From: the human T2T-CHM13v2.0 reference genome, Homo sapiens
DNA length: 64,000 nt
Strand: one strand, 5' to 3'
Assembly: GCF_009914755.1 (NCBI RefSeq)
Contig: NC_060935.1
Below, piece by piece: positions 37,251 through 54,600 of this stretch. Under the pieces are notes generated by a model. That model was not told the DNA's origin and searched no databases. It saw only the letters and a list, made by a program, of their open reading frames with translations. Within the stretch, counting starts at the first letter, position 1. Each line of letters starts with the position of its first letter. The translations under genes and the position numbers were made by a program.

Positions 37251-40200
37251 CTGGTATATTACATTAATTGACTTGGGGGTGTTACACCAAACTTGCATTT
37301 CTGGGATAAATCTTAGTCATTGTGTATAATCATTTTTATATTCATGCTGGATTCCATTTGCTAGCATTTTTCTGAGGGTTTTTACATGTATATTCATAGA
37401 GATATTAGTCTTGTAGCTTCCTTTTTTTGAGATACCTTGGCTTTGGTATCAAGGTAATACTGGCCTCACAGAATGAGTTGGGAAGCATTTCTTCCTCTAT
37501 TTTCAGAAAGAGTTTATGAAAGATTGGTAATTTTTCTTATTTAAACGCATGGTAGAATTCTTGAGCAAAGCCATCTGGGCATGAGATTTTCTTTGTGAAA
37601 AGATTTTTATTTACTAATTCAATTTAGATTTTCTAGTTTTTCTTGAGCCAGTTTTATAATTTGTGTCTTTCTAGGAACTTACCCAATTCATCTCAGTTGT
37701 CTAATTTGTTTGCTTAAAGTTTTTCATAGTGTTCCCTTTTATGTCTATAAGATTGATAGTGAGCCCCCTCTTACATTCCCAGTTTTGGCAATTTGAGTGC
37801 TCTCTCTTTTTTTCTTGGTTAGTGTAGCTAAAAGTTTGTCTATTTTACCTTTCCAAAATACTATCTTTTGGCTTCATTCATTTTCTTTATTGATTTCTGT
37901 TTTCTATTTCATTGATTTCTACTCCAGTTGTTATCATTTTCTTACTTCTGCTTGTTTTGGTTTTAGTTTGCTTTGTTTCCCTAGTTTCCTAAGGTAGGAG
38001 CTTAGATTATTGATTTGAGATATTTTTTCCTTTCTAATACAGGCATTTGCAGCTATAAATTTTCCTCTAAGCACTTCAGCTGCATCTCATAAAATTGATA
38101 TGTTCTGTGTTCATTTTCACTCAACTCAAAATATTTTCTAACTTCCTTGTTCTTTTTTTGACCATGGGTTATTTAGATGTATGTTGCTTAATTTCCAAAT
38201 ACTTGTAAATTTCCCAAAATATCACTTGGCTATTAATTTCTAATTTAATTTCATGTGATCAGATAAAATATTTTGCAGGATTTCAATCCCTTCAAATTTA
38301 CTGAGACTTGCTTTATGGCCTAGAAGAGGGTCTACACTGGAAAACACTCATGTGTGCTAGAGAAGAATATGTATTCTGTTGTTGAGTAAAATGTTTTATA
38401 AATGTCAGTTAGATCATGTCAGTTAGTTGCTTACATCTTCTATCTGCTCACTGATTTTCTGTCTAGTTGTTCTATCCACTATTGAGAGTGGGGTATTGAA
38501 GTCTCCCAACTATTATTTCTGAATTCCCAATTTATCCCTTTATTTCTATCAGTTTTTGCTTCATACTTTTTGGGATTATTTTGTTGGATATGTATATGTT
38601 TATAATTGTTATATCTTCCTGATGAATTCACCTTTTGTCATTATAGAATGACCCTTTTTTTCTAATAATACCTCTTCTCTTAAAATCTATTTTGTCTGAT
38701 ATTAGTACAACCACTCCTGCTACGGCTACTGTTTATATCAACCTATTTGTGACTTTAGATCTAAAGTGTGCCTCTTGTGGATGGCATATAACTGGATCTT
38801 GTACTATCAAGTCATATGATCTCTGCCTTTTTTTGGTGTGTTTAATTCATTCACATTTAATGTTACTATTAATAAAGTTGGATTTATGACTATAATTTTA
38901 CTGTCAATCTTCTGTACATCACGTCTTTTTTGTTCCTCTGTTCCTCTTTTGCCTTCTTTTTTGTATCAAATACGTATTTTCTAATGATCATTTTAATTCC
39001 TCTGTTAACTTTTTAATAACATTTTTAATAGTTTTCTTTGTGGTTGCTCTAGGGATTACAATGTGCATCTTGACTTATTGCTATCTACTTCAGATTAATA
39101 CTAACTTGATTCCTGTAAAATATGGAAACTTAAAATTAGCTCCATTCCTTCTTCCCTCCTTTATGTTATTATTGTCAGATATATTACATCCAAATATGTT
39201 ATAAACCGAAGACAGTGTTACAAATATTGCTTTATACAAATTTTTGTCTTTTAAATTAGTTAAGAGAAAAAGGAAAAAGTATACTTATGGTCATTTATAT
39301 TAACTACATTTTACCATTTCTGGTACTCTCCATTTCTTCCTGTTGATTAAGATACTTACTGTCTGGTGTCATTGATCTAATACAGCTTCATTTCAGTCCC
39401 TCTCCTTTGTGCTATTACTATTATATTTATTATATATTTGCATGTTATAAGACCAAGAATAGGATTTATAACTAGTTTTATTCAATTACCTTTCAAATTG
39501 GTCAGCATAAATGATAAAATATATATTTAGATTCTTCTGTATAATTACCTTTACTGGTGCTTTGTATTTCATGTGGCTTAGAATGCTATCTGGTGTGACT
39601 TTCTTTCCACCCAAAGAATTTTCTTTGCTATTTATTTTAAGGCAAGTGTGCTAGCCACAAATTCTCTCATTCTCCATTCATCTGGGACTATCTTTATTTC
39701 ACCTTCATTTTTGCAAGATACATTACTGGATACAAAATTATTGGTTAACAGGTTTTTTTCTTTCAGCATTTTTAATATGTCATCCCACTGCCTTCTGGTC
39801 TCCATTGTTTCTGATGAAAAGTTGACTATTGTTTTTTATTGTGCATCTCTTGTATACAATAAGTCTTTTTTTCTCTTGCTGTTTTCAAGATTCTCTCTTT
39901 GTGTTTGGCTTTCATCTGTTTGAATGATATGTCTGGGTATTCACAGAGCTTCTTGGGTGTATAGATTAATGTTTTACATCAAATTTGGAAAGTATTCAGT
40001 TATCTTTTATATAGGTATTTTTTTCTGCCTTTTTATCATCTCTCTTTCTGGGACCCCAATTATACATTTGTTGGTTTGCTCAATGGTGTCTCCTTGGCCT
40101 CTGAGGCTCTGTTCATTTTTCTTTTTCTTTTTCCTCCTACTCTTCATACTAGGTAGTTGCTGTTGATCCATCTTTGAGTTTGCTGATTCTTTTTTCTTTT

Positions 40201-40689
40201 TGGTAACTCAAATTTGCTGTTAAATCACTCTAGTGAATGTTTTATTTTGGCCATTGTGTTTTTCAACCCCAGTATTTTCATTTGGTGCTTCTTTATCATT
40301 TCTACCTCCTTATTAATATTGTATATTTGATCGGTCATTGTCATTCCACTTTCCTTTAATTCTTTAAACTTGATTTTATTTACTTCTTTAAATATACTCA
40401 AAATAGCAGTTTAGAAGTATTTGCTACATGCAACATGTAGGCCCACTAGGAAAGAGTCTCTACTGTTTTTGTGTGTATGGGTCCCTCTTTCCTGTTTCTT
40501 TGCAGGTCTCATAATTTGTTGTTGAAAAACTGGACGTTCTAGGTAACATACCGTAGCAACTGTGGGCTCTGATCTCCTTCCCCACCCAACCAGGGCGGAC
40601 GGTTGTTGCTGTTTGCTTGTTTGTTTGTTGTTTGTTTAGTGACCCACCTGGACTGATTCTGTGATGTCTGTTTGTCTCACAGCATGTAA

Positions 40690-41023
<334 letters not shown>

Positions 41024-41574
41024 TTCTTGTTTTTAAGCCTGGCTTCCTAGATCGGCATAGCTTAATGGCCAGAAGTTGAGCCACACCTTGTGCCGCGAAG
41101 GCTTTACCTTTTGTCAGTGGATCTCTGTGTGGCTTGGAGAATTCATTCAAAGTTCCAGATTTTTATGAGTCTCCAGTCTGTCCTGAATGTGAATGTGTAT
41201 GCAGCCTTGTGCATACCTTCTAGACCACCAGACACATGTGGCAGCTTTTCAAGACCCTCTTTAGTTGTATCATTACCTGGATTTCCATGTTAAATTTTTG
41301 GCAGGCCTGTTGGCCTATTGCTTGTCCTAACCAGTACTGCAACCTCAAGCTAGCTGCAATTTTGGTCTTCCATGATTGTCACTGAGATAACTCTTGTTTT
41401 CAACAACCCTGGGCATGGAAGTAAAGTCAGTCACCCTCTGCTGCCACGCCATTCCCTCCCACAAGCCCCACCCACCTGGATAGAACTTCCTTACCACAAC
41501 CGCAGAGCTGGAGGTGAAGGGGCAATGCTAAAACACTACAGACTTCCACTGTTCTTTCTGAGAACCAATAGACT

Positions 41575-41862
41575 TTCTTTTTTTTTTTTTTAGACGGAGT
41601 CTTGCTCTGTTACCCAGGCTGGAGTGCAGTGGCGCGATCTCAGCTCACTGCAACCTCCGCCTCCCTGGTTTCAAGGGATTCTCCTGCCTCAGCCACCCGA
41701 GTAGCTGGGACTACAGGCTCGCGCCACCACGCCCTGCTGATTTTTTGTATTTTTAGTAGAGACGGGGTTTTACCGTGTTAGCCAGGATGGTCTCAATCTC
41801 CTGACCTGCCCGCCTTGGCCTCCCAAAGTGCTGGGATTACAGGCGTGAGCCCACGCCCGACC
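41575..41862 (-). mobile_element. Alu (AluSc-like)
   Basis: Antisense dimeric Alu; gactttctt on both flanks. Confidence 0.88.
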
Positions 41863-44146
41863 ACGGATGGACTTTCTTAAATTAACCCTTCTCAATCTGT
41901 TGTATGGCTTTGGTCAAATTTCCAGTCTTTAAATGACTGTCTTTGGCAATTTTGTCTGGCTTCATAATTGTTTTGGGAAAAGAGGATTTGCTGAGATCTG
42001 CACTCAGCCATTCCACAAGTCCTGCCCACTTGCAGCAATGAGTTTTTGTGGGCACAAAGCAAACAGTATACACTACAATATTTCATGGAAGGAACTGAGG
42101 CCAAGAGAGAGGAAGTGCTTTGTCTAAAGTCCCACAGCAAGTCCATGGTCGAGCTAGGACCAGAACTACTCCCTTGCCCCTGCCAACAAACCAACTCTTT
42201 CTTCTGCCTTAAAGGGAAAATGTAATGGCAGCCACATATCCACTAGAGGGCTCCCCATACCAGGCTTCTCACCCAGAAAGCAGAATGATATTGCAGGAGA
42301 CTTCAAACTGGACTTCATTTTCTTTTGCCATAAGCCCAGGGAAAGCAGTAGGGATATCCCCCACCATAAATCCCGGAAGCCGGTAGTATACAGAAGAGGT
42401 TGAGTGCTACGAGTTGGGAAGACAGCATGTGAGTGATGTAGATGGATACAGAGGAGCAGAAAGCAGCCAAGAGAGTAAGTGAAGAAAGGCAAAGTGGAGG
42501 AGAGCTCTTTCTCGTCCTTTGAAGAAGACTAAAAAGGAACAATAGCAAATAGTATTTTCTTTGTGATTCAGATAGTAATAAGACTATATTGCTTTAAGCA
42601 GATGCCTCTGTCTTCATAAATGGCAAAGGATCAGAGAAACTGTTTTAAAATGTTCATAAGAAAGTCTGAAGTTTAAATATTTTGAAGCTCATTTTAAAAA
42701 ATCAAGTCAGGTTCAACATTTGCATGTGCAGATGCAGGTAAACAGTTAAATTGCCTTTAATTTATAATTTAGGTATATACAGATTTTTGATTCATAGATT
42801 GTCTAATTATTTTTTCCTTTCAGACATAGGTAAATGAGAGAGGAAGAGAAGTTATTTAGCCTAATTTCTTTATATGAACATATGTGCTAAGCTGAGGCCA
42901 TTTCTGCTATTATACACACATGACACAGGAGACCCCATAGGCCCATCCTCACTGTTACAGTAATCTAAGGACCATTACTATCTAAGTCCTGACACTGGTC
43001 AGGAAGAAAAACAGAAATGCCCATGGACAAAAGATGAACAAGAAGTGAAGAACAGGCGCCAGAGCTCAAATCAATCCAACTCAGGCTATTATTTCTGGCA
43101 TTGATCAGGGTGAAGGAAATGGCAGTAACAGTAAGATTATGGGACAGGTTTTTCTGAGTCACTCCAGAGGGAAAGCCACTTGACACGTTATGTTACTCTT
43201 GAACTAACCCCTGATTCCATCTCACTCTACCTGACCACAGACCCCAATACCTTAGAGTCCTAACCAATGCCTTTCACCCACCATCCACCATATCTAGTGG
43301 AGGGCAGGGCTCTCAGAGTCGGCCAAGCCAGCTGGACGGTCACGTCTGTTCTTTGTAGGAACATGCGGTCCGTTCTTCACCATCCCTCCACCTTGGACAT
43401 ATTTCCCCACCAACCAAATAGCCAGTTACTTCCCACTCAACATGGCTAGGTCATTCCCTATGACAACAAACAAGCAATCAATCAAATCCTTGTTGTTGTT
43501 TCCTGGAAAACTGACAGCAAGAAGATAACCCAATTCATTGTGAGGCCAATCTAAGCCAGAAGAAAGCTCAGAAAACCCAAGTTCTGTTCATCAAGGATGT
43601 CGAACAAGCTTTGTGGTACAGAAAACAGAAGGCTCAGGGATTGGAGAAGGAAAGAGGAGGGAATTTTGGAATTTTAAGTATTTTCTTTTGCATTTTAATA
43701 CTCTCTCATCTGCAATATTGCCACTGGATGAGGTAGTAAGGTATAAAACTAAATGGGATTCACAGAGACTTAACAGTTATCCACTCTCTTGTTAAATTTC
43801 CTCCCACTGTAAATCGATTATATTGAGTATTGATTCTCAGCCTTGGTTACAAATTGAAATCGCCTGTGGAGCTTTAAAAAGTTCAGATTGGTCTGGAGTA
43901 TAGCCTGGGTGCCAGAGTTTTAAAAGCTCCTTAGGTGAGTTTAAGGTGCAGCCAAGGTTGCGGTTATACTGGGGTCTTTTCTACAGTCCCATCCTTCCCT
44001 TTTTCTTTTCTTTAACATCTCTCCAGCATTTCATGAAGTTCTGCTAACTTCATGAGCCACAGAGTAGCTGTCTGTATGCTACAGAGCCGCCTCCAATCCC
44101 AGTTGATGCTGGTACCTTCAATTCTAGGTGAAGATTTTGCTGCCCT

Positions 44147-44731
<585 letters not shown>

Positions 44732-44885
44732 GTTTGTCCCTTTAGAATAAATGTTCATTTCAAAGCTCCCCGTACATCTGCACAGGCTGGCAACCCAGCT
44801 CTGGCCCTTCTCCCGGAAACAGGTGCCCACTTAGAGAAACTCCTATTTTCTAAGGCCTCCTATCTGACAAAGAAAAAAATAATCA

Positions 44886-45318
44886 TAGCAAAGACTTGGA
44901 ACCAACCCAAATGTCCAACAATGATAGACTGGATTAAGAAAATGTGGCACATATACACCATGGAATACTATGCAGCCATAAAAAATGATGAGTTCATGTC
45001 CTTTGTAGGGACATGGATGAAGCTGGAAACCATCATTCTCAGCAAACTATCGCAAGGACAAAAAACCAAACACCGCATGTTCTCACTCATAGGTGGGAAC
45101 TGAACAATGAGAACACATGGACACAGGAAGGGGAACATCACACACCAGGGACTGTTGTGGGGTAGGGGGAGCGGGGAGGGATAGAATTAGGAGACATACC
45201 TAATGCTAAATGATGAGTTAATAGGTGCAGCGCACCAACATGGCACATGTATACATATGTAACAAACCTGCACGTTGTGCACATGTACCCTAAAACTTAA
45301 AGTATAATAATAAAAAAA
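44886..45318 (+). mobile_element. 5'-truncated young L1PA 3' end inserted in L1PB ORF1
   Basis: ORF2 tail ([18 protein letters not shown]...LIGGN) plus 3'UTR; TSD AAGAAAAAAATAATCA at 44870-44885 and 45319-45334. Confidence 0.9.
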
Positions 45319-47037
45319 AAGAAAAAAATAATCAAAAGTATGAACAAAGCCTCCTAGAAATTTGGGATTATCTCAAATGACCAAAACTAAAAATAATTAG
45401 TGTTCCTGAGGAAGAAGAGGAATCTAAAAGTTTGGAAAACACATTTGAGGGAATAATTGAGAAAAATTTCCCTGGCCTTACCACAGATCTAGACATCAAA
45501 ATACAGGAAACTCAACAACTGGGAAATTCATCACAAAAAGATCATCATCCAGGCACATAGTCATCATGTTATCTAAAATCAAGACAAAGGAAAGAATCTT
45601 ATGAGCTGTGAGGCAAAAGCGTCAGGTAACCTAGAAAGGAAACCCTAATAGGTTAACAGCAGATTGCTCAGCAGAAACCCTGCAAAACAGAAGGGACTGG
45701 GGTCCTATCTTTAGCCATCTCAAACAAAATAATGGTCAGCCAAGAATTTTGTATCCAGCAAAATTAAGCTTCATAAGTGGAGGGGAAATAAAGTCTTTTT
45801 CAGACAAAGAACTGCTGACAGAATTCACCACAACTAAGCCAGCACTACAAGAAATGATAAAAGGAGTTCTAAATCTTGAAAGAAAACTTCAAAATACACC
45901 AAATTAGAACCTCCTTAAATCTCACACAGCCTATAAAATAATAACACAATTTTTAAAAAAAAAGATATTCAGGCAACAACTAGCACAATGATTAAAACAG
46001 CACCTCACATCTCAATACTAAAATTGACTGTAAATGGCCTAAATGCTCCACTTAAAGGATACAGAATGGCAGAATGGATTAAAATCCACCAACCAAGTAT
46101 CTGCTGTCTCTAAGAGACTCACCTAATGCATAAGGACACATAAACTTAAAAGGGGAGGAAAAAGATATTCCAAGCAAATGGAAACCAAAAGTGAGCTAGA
46201 GTAGCTATTCTTATATAAGACAAAACAGACCTTAAAACAACAACGGTTTAAAAAGACCAAGAGGGACATTATATAATAATAAAAAGATCAGTCCAACAGG
46301 AAAATATCATAATCCTAAATATATATGCACATAACACAAGAGCTCCTAAGTTTATAAACCAATTATTACTACACCTAAGAAATGAGATAGATGGCAACAC
46401 AGTAATAGTGGGGGGACTTCAGTACTCCACTGACAGCACTAGACAGGTCATCAAGACGGAATGTCAACAAAGAAACAATGGACTTAAACAATACCCTAGA
46501 ACAAATAAACTTAACAGATATTTACAGAACATTCCACCCAACAACTGCAAAATATACATTCTTTTCATCAGCACATGGAACATTCGCCAAGATAGATCAT
46601 TTGATAGGCCACAAAACAAGTTTCAATCAATTTAAGAAAATCGAAAATATATCAAGTACCCTCTCAGACCACAGTGGAATAAAATTAGAAATTAACTCTG
46701 AAAGGAACCCTCAAAACTATACAAATACAAGGAAATTAAGTCATCTACTCCTCAATGATATTTGGTCAACAATGAAATCAAGACAGAAATTTAAAAATTC
46801 TTTGAACTGAACAATAATAGTGACACAACTTATCAAAAGCTCAGTGACACAGCAAAAGTGGTGCTAAGAGGAAAGTTCATAGCATTAAATGCCTACACCA
46901 AAAAAAAAAAAAAAAAAAAAATCTAAGGTTACACCTCAAGGAACTAGAGAAACAAGAATAAACCAAACCTAAATCAGCAGAGGAAAAGAAATAACCAAGA
47001 TCAGAGCAGAAGTAAATGAAATTGAAGCAAAAAAAAA

Positions 47038-47038
<1 letters not shown>

Positions 47039-47108
<70 letters not shown>

Positions 47109-47115
47109 TATATAT
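47039..47115. repeat. (TA)n microsatellite
   Basis: Long TA run inside L1 ORF2. Confidence 0.95.
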
Positions 47116-50084
47116 GAAACAAAAAGCTGGTTCTTTGAAAAGATAAACAAAATTGATAGACCATTAATGAGATTAACCAAGAAAAGAGAAGAGATCCAAA
47201 TAAATTCAATTAGAAAAGACATGGGAGATATTAAAACTGAGACCACAGAAATACAAAAGATCATTCACACACACAAACTAGAAAATCTAGAGGATATGGA
47301 TAAATTCCTGTAAATATGCAACCCTCCTAGATTAAATCAGGAAGAAATAGAAACTCTGAACAGACGATAACAAGTAGCAAGATTGAAACAGTAATTTTTA
47401 AAAATGCCAACAACAGAAAAAAAAAAAAAAGTCCAGGACCAGACAGATTCACAGCTGAATTCTATCAGGCATTCAAAGCATTGATATCAATCTTACTGAA
47501 ACTATTCCAAAAGACAGAGAAAGGGGGAATGCTCCCTAAATCCTTATATAAAGCCAGCATCACCTTAATACCAAAACCAGGAAAGGACATAAAAAAAAAA
47601 AGAAAACTACAGACCAATATCCCTGATGAACACGGATGCAAAAATCCTCAACAAAATACTAGTTAACTGAATCAAACAGCATATCAAAAAGATAATCCAC
47701 CATGATCAAGTGGGTTTTATAGCAGGGATGCAGGGATGGTTTAATATATGCAAGTCAATAAATGTGATATATCACATAAACAGAATTAAAAACAAAAATC
47801 ACATGATTATCTCAATAGACACAGAAATAGCATTTGACAAGATCCAGCATCCCTTTATGATTAAAAACCTCAACAAAATCAGCATAAAAGGGACAAACCT
47901 CAAGGCAATAAAAGCCATCTACGACAAACCCACAGCCAACATTATAGTGATTGGGGAAAAGTTGAAAGCATTCCCCCAGATAACTGGAAAAAGACGAGGA
48001 TGCCCACTTTCACCACATTTATTCGACATAGTGCTAGAAGTCCTAGCCAGAGCAATCAGACAAGAGAAAGAAATAAAGGGCATCCAAATCAGTAAAAAGG
48101 AAGTCAAACTGTTGCTGTTTGCTGATATGATCATAGACCTGGAAAACCCTAAAGCCTAATCCAAAAAGTCCTAGAACTGGTAAATCAATTTAGCAAAGTT
48201 TCAGGATACAAAATTATTGTACACAAATCAGTAGCCCTGCTGTACACCAACAATGACCAAGCTGAGAATCAAATCAAGAACTCAACCCCTTCTAAAACAG
48301 CTGTAAAAAAAAAAAAATACTTAGGAATATACCTAACCAAAGACATGAAAGATCTCTACAAGGAAAACAAAACACTGCTGAAAGAAATCACAGATGACAC
48401 AAACAAATGGAAACACATCTCATGCTCATGGATGGGTAGAATCAATATTGTGAAAATGATCATACTGCCAAAAGCAATCTACAAATTTAGTGTAATTCCC
48501 ATCAAAATACCTATTCACAGAACTAGAATGAAACAATCCTAAAATTAGTATGGAACCAAAAAAGAGCCCACATAGCCAAAGCAAGACTAAGCAAAAAGAA
48601 CAAATCTTGAGGCATCACATTACCTGACTTTGAACTATACTGCAAGGCTATAGTTACCAAAACAGCATGGTACTGGTATAAAAACAGGCATGTAGACCAA
48701 TGTAACAGAATAGGGAACCCAGAAATAAAACAAAATACAGCCAACTGTCTTCAACAAAGCAAACAAAAACATAAAGTAGAAAAGGACATCCTATTCAACA
48801 AAAAATGCTGGGATAATTGGCAAGCCACATGTAGAAGAATAAAGCTGGATCCTCAACTCTCACCTTCTACAAAAATCAACTCAAGATGCATCAAAGATTT
48901 AAATCTAAGATATGAAACCATAAAAATTCTAGAAGATAACATCAGAAAAACCCTTCTAGACATTGGCTTAGGAAAAGAGTTCATGATCAAGAACCCAAAA
49001 GCAAATGCAACATAAACAAAGATAAATAGATGGGACCTAATTAAACCAAAAAGCTTCTGCACAGCAAAAGAAACAATAAGCAGAGTAAACGGACAACCCA
49101 CAGAGTGGGAGAGAATTTGTACAAACTATGCATTCAACAAAGGACTAATATCCAAAATCTGCAAGGAAATCAAGCAAATAAATCAGCAAGGAAAAAAACA
49201 ATCCCATCAAAAAGTGGGCAAAGGACATGAACAGGCAATTCTCAAAAGAAGATATACAAATGGCCAACAAACATATTAAAAAACTGCTCAACGTCACTAA
49301 TTATCAGAGAAATGCAAATCAAAACCACGATGCAATAATACCACCTTACTCCTCCAAAATGGCCATAACTTAAAAATAAAAAAAATAATATGTGTTGGCA
49401 TAGATGTGGTGAAAAGGGAACACTTTTACACTGCTGGTGGGGATGTAAACTGATACAATCACTATGGAAAACACCATGGAGACTCCTTAAAGAACTAGAA
49501 GTAGCACAACAATTTGATCCAGCAATCCCACTACTGGGTATCTAACCAGAGGAAAAGAAGTCATTGTATGAAAAAGGCACTTGCACATGCATGTTTATAG
49601 CAGCACAATTCACAACTGCAAAAATATGGAACCAGCCTAAATGACCATCAACCAATGAGTGGACAAAGAAAATGTGGTATATATATATATGCACACACAC
49701 ACACATACACACACACCACGGAATACTACTCAGCCGTAAAAAGGAATGAAACAATGACATTCACAGCAACCTGGATAGAGCTGGAGACCATTATTCTAAG
49801 TGAAGTAACTCAGGAATGGAAAACAAAAAAATCATATGCTCTCACTTATAAGTGGGGGCTAGCTATGAGGGCACAAAGGCATAAGAATGATGTAATCAAC
49901 TTTAGGGACTCAGAAGGGAAGGGTGGGAGTGGGGTGAGGGATAAAAGACTACACATTGAGTATAGTGTACACTGCTCAGGTGATGGATGCACTAAAATCT
50001 CAGAAATCACCACGAAGGAACTTTTGCATGCAACCAAACACCACCTGTTCCCCCAAAACTATTGAAATAAAAATACAGATAAAA

Positions 50085-51770
<1,686 letters not shown>

Positions 51771-51820
51771 CAAAGCATAACCAACATCCCAAATCAGGAT
51801 ATTTATTAGACCATCTAAAC

Positions 51821-52046
51821 CAAGTTTGTCCAACCCGCAGCCCACAGGCCACATACAGCCCAGGACAGCTTTGAATGTGGCCCAACACAAATTTGTAAAC
51901 TTTATTAAAACATTATGAGACTTTTTTGTGGGTTTTTTTTTTTTTTAAGCTCAACAGCTATCGTCAGTGTTAGTGTATTTTATGTGTGGCCCAAGACGTT
52001 TCTTCTTCCAGTGTGGCCCAGGGAAGCCTAAAGATTGGACACCCCT
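51821..52046 (-). mobile_element. MER30-like hAT DNA transposon
   Basis: Reverse complement begins ggggtgtccaatctttaggcttccctgggccacactggaagaag. Confidence 0.75.
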
Positions 52047-52127
52047 AGAAACAAAGTAAAATACAATATGTAGAGAAGTTGCCAGGAGGTTAAAGATAGT
52101 CACTTTGAGAATTCTTGTTACACCTAC

Positions 52128-52233
52128 CTCAGCTGCTTGCTTTATTAACTTGCCTTCATTCTCAGGCTTTGGAATTGAACTCCAGTCTGCTTTCTGGCTG
52201 GGTGTGGTCTCCAAGCTAACTACAGCCTTCTCC
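52128..52233 (-). CDS. PLAAT5: PLAAT5 coding exon 3
   Basis: catttag|GGAGAAG...GCTGAG|gtaggt; encodes EKAVVSLETTPSQKADWSSIPKPENEGKLIKQAAE. Confidence 0.93.
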
Positions 52234-53499
52234 CTAAATGATTTTGCAATCACAAAGTTAACAAATATCACTATTTCATAATTATTGGAAAATCTGTATT
52301 ACAGATTTGTGATTTTTAAGATGGCTTTTGGTTTGGAGACTGTAGGGAACATTTCCCCCCGTTTGTTTCTGTGAACCCATTAGCTTTCATACAAAAGAAT
52401 TGCTGTTTGCTGGTTTTCTGACAATTGTTCAAATGCTAATGATAGCAAGAAGCAGTTTTGGGGGTTTTTATTTTTTAATTTGCTAATAATGTCTTTTTAA
52501 TGTTTATCAAAGTGATACTTGCACATGGTTTCCAGTACATAAGAATTTATAATGAAATGCAAGGAGCCTTCCTCCTTTCCCTTTTCATCCCAGCCCTACT
52601 GCCCAGAGGCAAACCCCTTGAACTCTTTCTTCCAATAATTAGCCCCAGATTTCTAAGAAAGCTTGATAAGCCACAACACTGCAACTGCAAGTAATATGAA
52701 TGAAATCAGTATATTTCTCCCTTGAAACAAAATGTTACAGGAGAGGACAGAAATGAAAGGCAAGAATATGCTTTCAAGCATATTAAATTAAGGTAGTATA
52801 GTAGAGTAAAATACTTCGAAGCCAAAAGATCTAGGTTTGAATCCTAGCTTTCATGATTGCTGTCCCACCTTGAGCTAGTAAATTAATGTCTGACTCTCAG
52901 CTTGATTATCTTTAAAAATAGAGATGAAAATGTGTCTCACAGTGGTCAAGAAGGTGAAAGGACACAGCACATGTAAACATCTGGTATACCACCAACTCAG
53001 AAATGACTTTTTCTTTACCTTTTCCCATGCTTTAAACTCTTCTCCAGAAAAAAATAGTGTGTGAGGCAGAGGGGACACCCCTCATTTTCAGTAGAGCTCC
53101 TCTCCAAAATTTCAGCCCCTCGGAATTTTTTAAAGCAGCAATCATCATGTTGTTAATGAAAGTGAATTCAGGAAATCTGCCAAAGGCCGACTCATTGTTC
53201 ACTGATTAGTGAGACCAAGGACAATACTGTAAGCCTCCTGCTAAAGCCATTCATTTCTCTGGGGTCTAGAGAATGGCCTTGTGGCTAGAAACAGCTGCAA
53301 CGCATGCCTGTGGCCAGCAGGTCCCAAGCCCAGTACCATCTGTTATCACCCAGGATCACACCAGCCTTCCCCTTGCTGGGTACCGGCTGGCTGGTTCACA
53401 CAAAAACCACCTCTGGGTTTGTTTTACAGAACTGCATTCCAAGTCAATTCTCCAAAAGATTTCTTCCACCCAAAGACCCCAACCTTACAATCTTCTTAC

Positions 53500-53620
53500 C
53501 CTTGCTGGATGCTTCTGCCCTGTTCTAATGTGCCCGGCGGAGGCTGCTTGGCTGGGAGCTGGACCAACGCTGCGAATCCCACGGATTCTTCTAATTCAAG
53601 GGGGGAAATGCTATTTAGAC
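53500..53620 (-). CDS. PLAAT5: PLAAT5 coding exon 2
   Basis: ctttcacag|GTCTAAAT...CAGCAAGG|gtaaga; encodes LNSISPLELEESVGFAALVQLPAKQPPPGTLEQGRSIQQ. Confidence 0.92.
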
Positions 53621-53829
53621 CTGTGAAAGGAGAGTTCGAGCAAGCACCTTGACCGCTACGGAGAGTGGGCTCAGAGCTCTAGTCTAGCATCGTGCCTGGC
53701 CCCTGGTTAGGCCTCAGAAAATCTTGGGATGAATGGAGAGGGTTGTGGAACTAGGTGCTGGAGCGGGTTCAGTTCCTCTGCCAAAGAGAGACTTTGGGAT
53801 TCCTGGGAACGGAATCGGGGAGAGGATGA

Positions 53830-54600
53830 AGAAGGGCGCCTCGCCTCTATCCTAAGCCCGATGGGAGGAACCTCTGCCGAGCCAGAGCCGGTCTTAACAC
53901 CACCCTCCGGAGCTGCCACCACTGCCTCACTTCCATATGAGATATAGCGGGAAGGAGGGAGTGGCTGCCTGGCTCGCTTTGATTAGCTTTATAACAAGCG
54001 GTCGTTCTGAAATACTCGCTCATGATGGCTAACAGACAACACAATCGCCAAATGTCTTAAGAAAAGGAGCTTTGAGGGTAACCGCCCGCTGGGACCTGAA
54101 GGACAATTGCGGATTGTCCTTCAGCCGCATTCTTGGGGCTGACCTGAGTGGGGCACAGCTGAACGTCTGAGCGCAGGCGGCTGGTCCTTGGGCCCGGTAC
54201 CGGCGGTTCGCGAGGCGGGTTTGGGGAGGGGTGGGGGAATCCTAGGGAGGCGGAGCGCGTACTCCCCCTCGGCGCCCGGGCTCAGGCCCATCCCGCCTCT
54301 GCGGCCTCGCCGGCCCCCAGGCCTTGCAGGGGACTACGCCCCTGGCGAGTTCCCAGTCGGCGCGGCCCCTGGTCGGCGGAGCCGCGGAAGCTTGGGCACT
54401 GGGGGCGGCTCGGGGAGGAACCGCGGAGGGGAAAGCGCCGCGGGCTGCAAACGGCAGAGGCGCGCGGGGTGGCGACAGTGGCGCGGGCGCAGTGAGCGCG
54501 TCCGAGAACAGAATGGGACGAAACGGGGCGCTTAGAGGCCCGGGAATCTGTGGGTCTTTTAGGCGGAGAGGGGCGAAGGAGGTTATTCGTTTTGGGGAAG
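53830..54600. promoter_or_regulatory. CpG island / PLAAT5 promoter
   Basis: The only CpG-dense unique region in the window; overlaps exon 1. Confidence 0.85.
54144..54291 (-). CDS. PLAAT5: PLAAT5 coding exon 1
   Basis: GGCGGGATGG Kozak context; encodes MGLSPGAEGEYALRLPRIPPPLPKPASRTAGTGPKDQPPALRRSAVPHS; donor CAG|gtcagc. Confidence 0.93.

Larger units (their letters stand above)
44866..50075 (+). mobile_element. L1PB-like LINE-1 (ORF1 3' half, decayed ORF2, 3'UTR)
   Basis: ORF2 fragments 46478-46810, 47710-48159, 48345-48542; L1PB-type 3'UTR (gtgtacactgctcaggtgatggatgcactaaaatctcagaaatcaccac). Confidence 0.88.
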
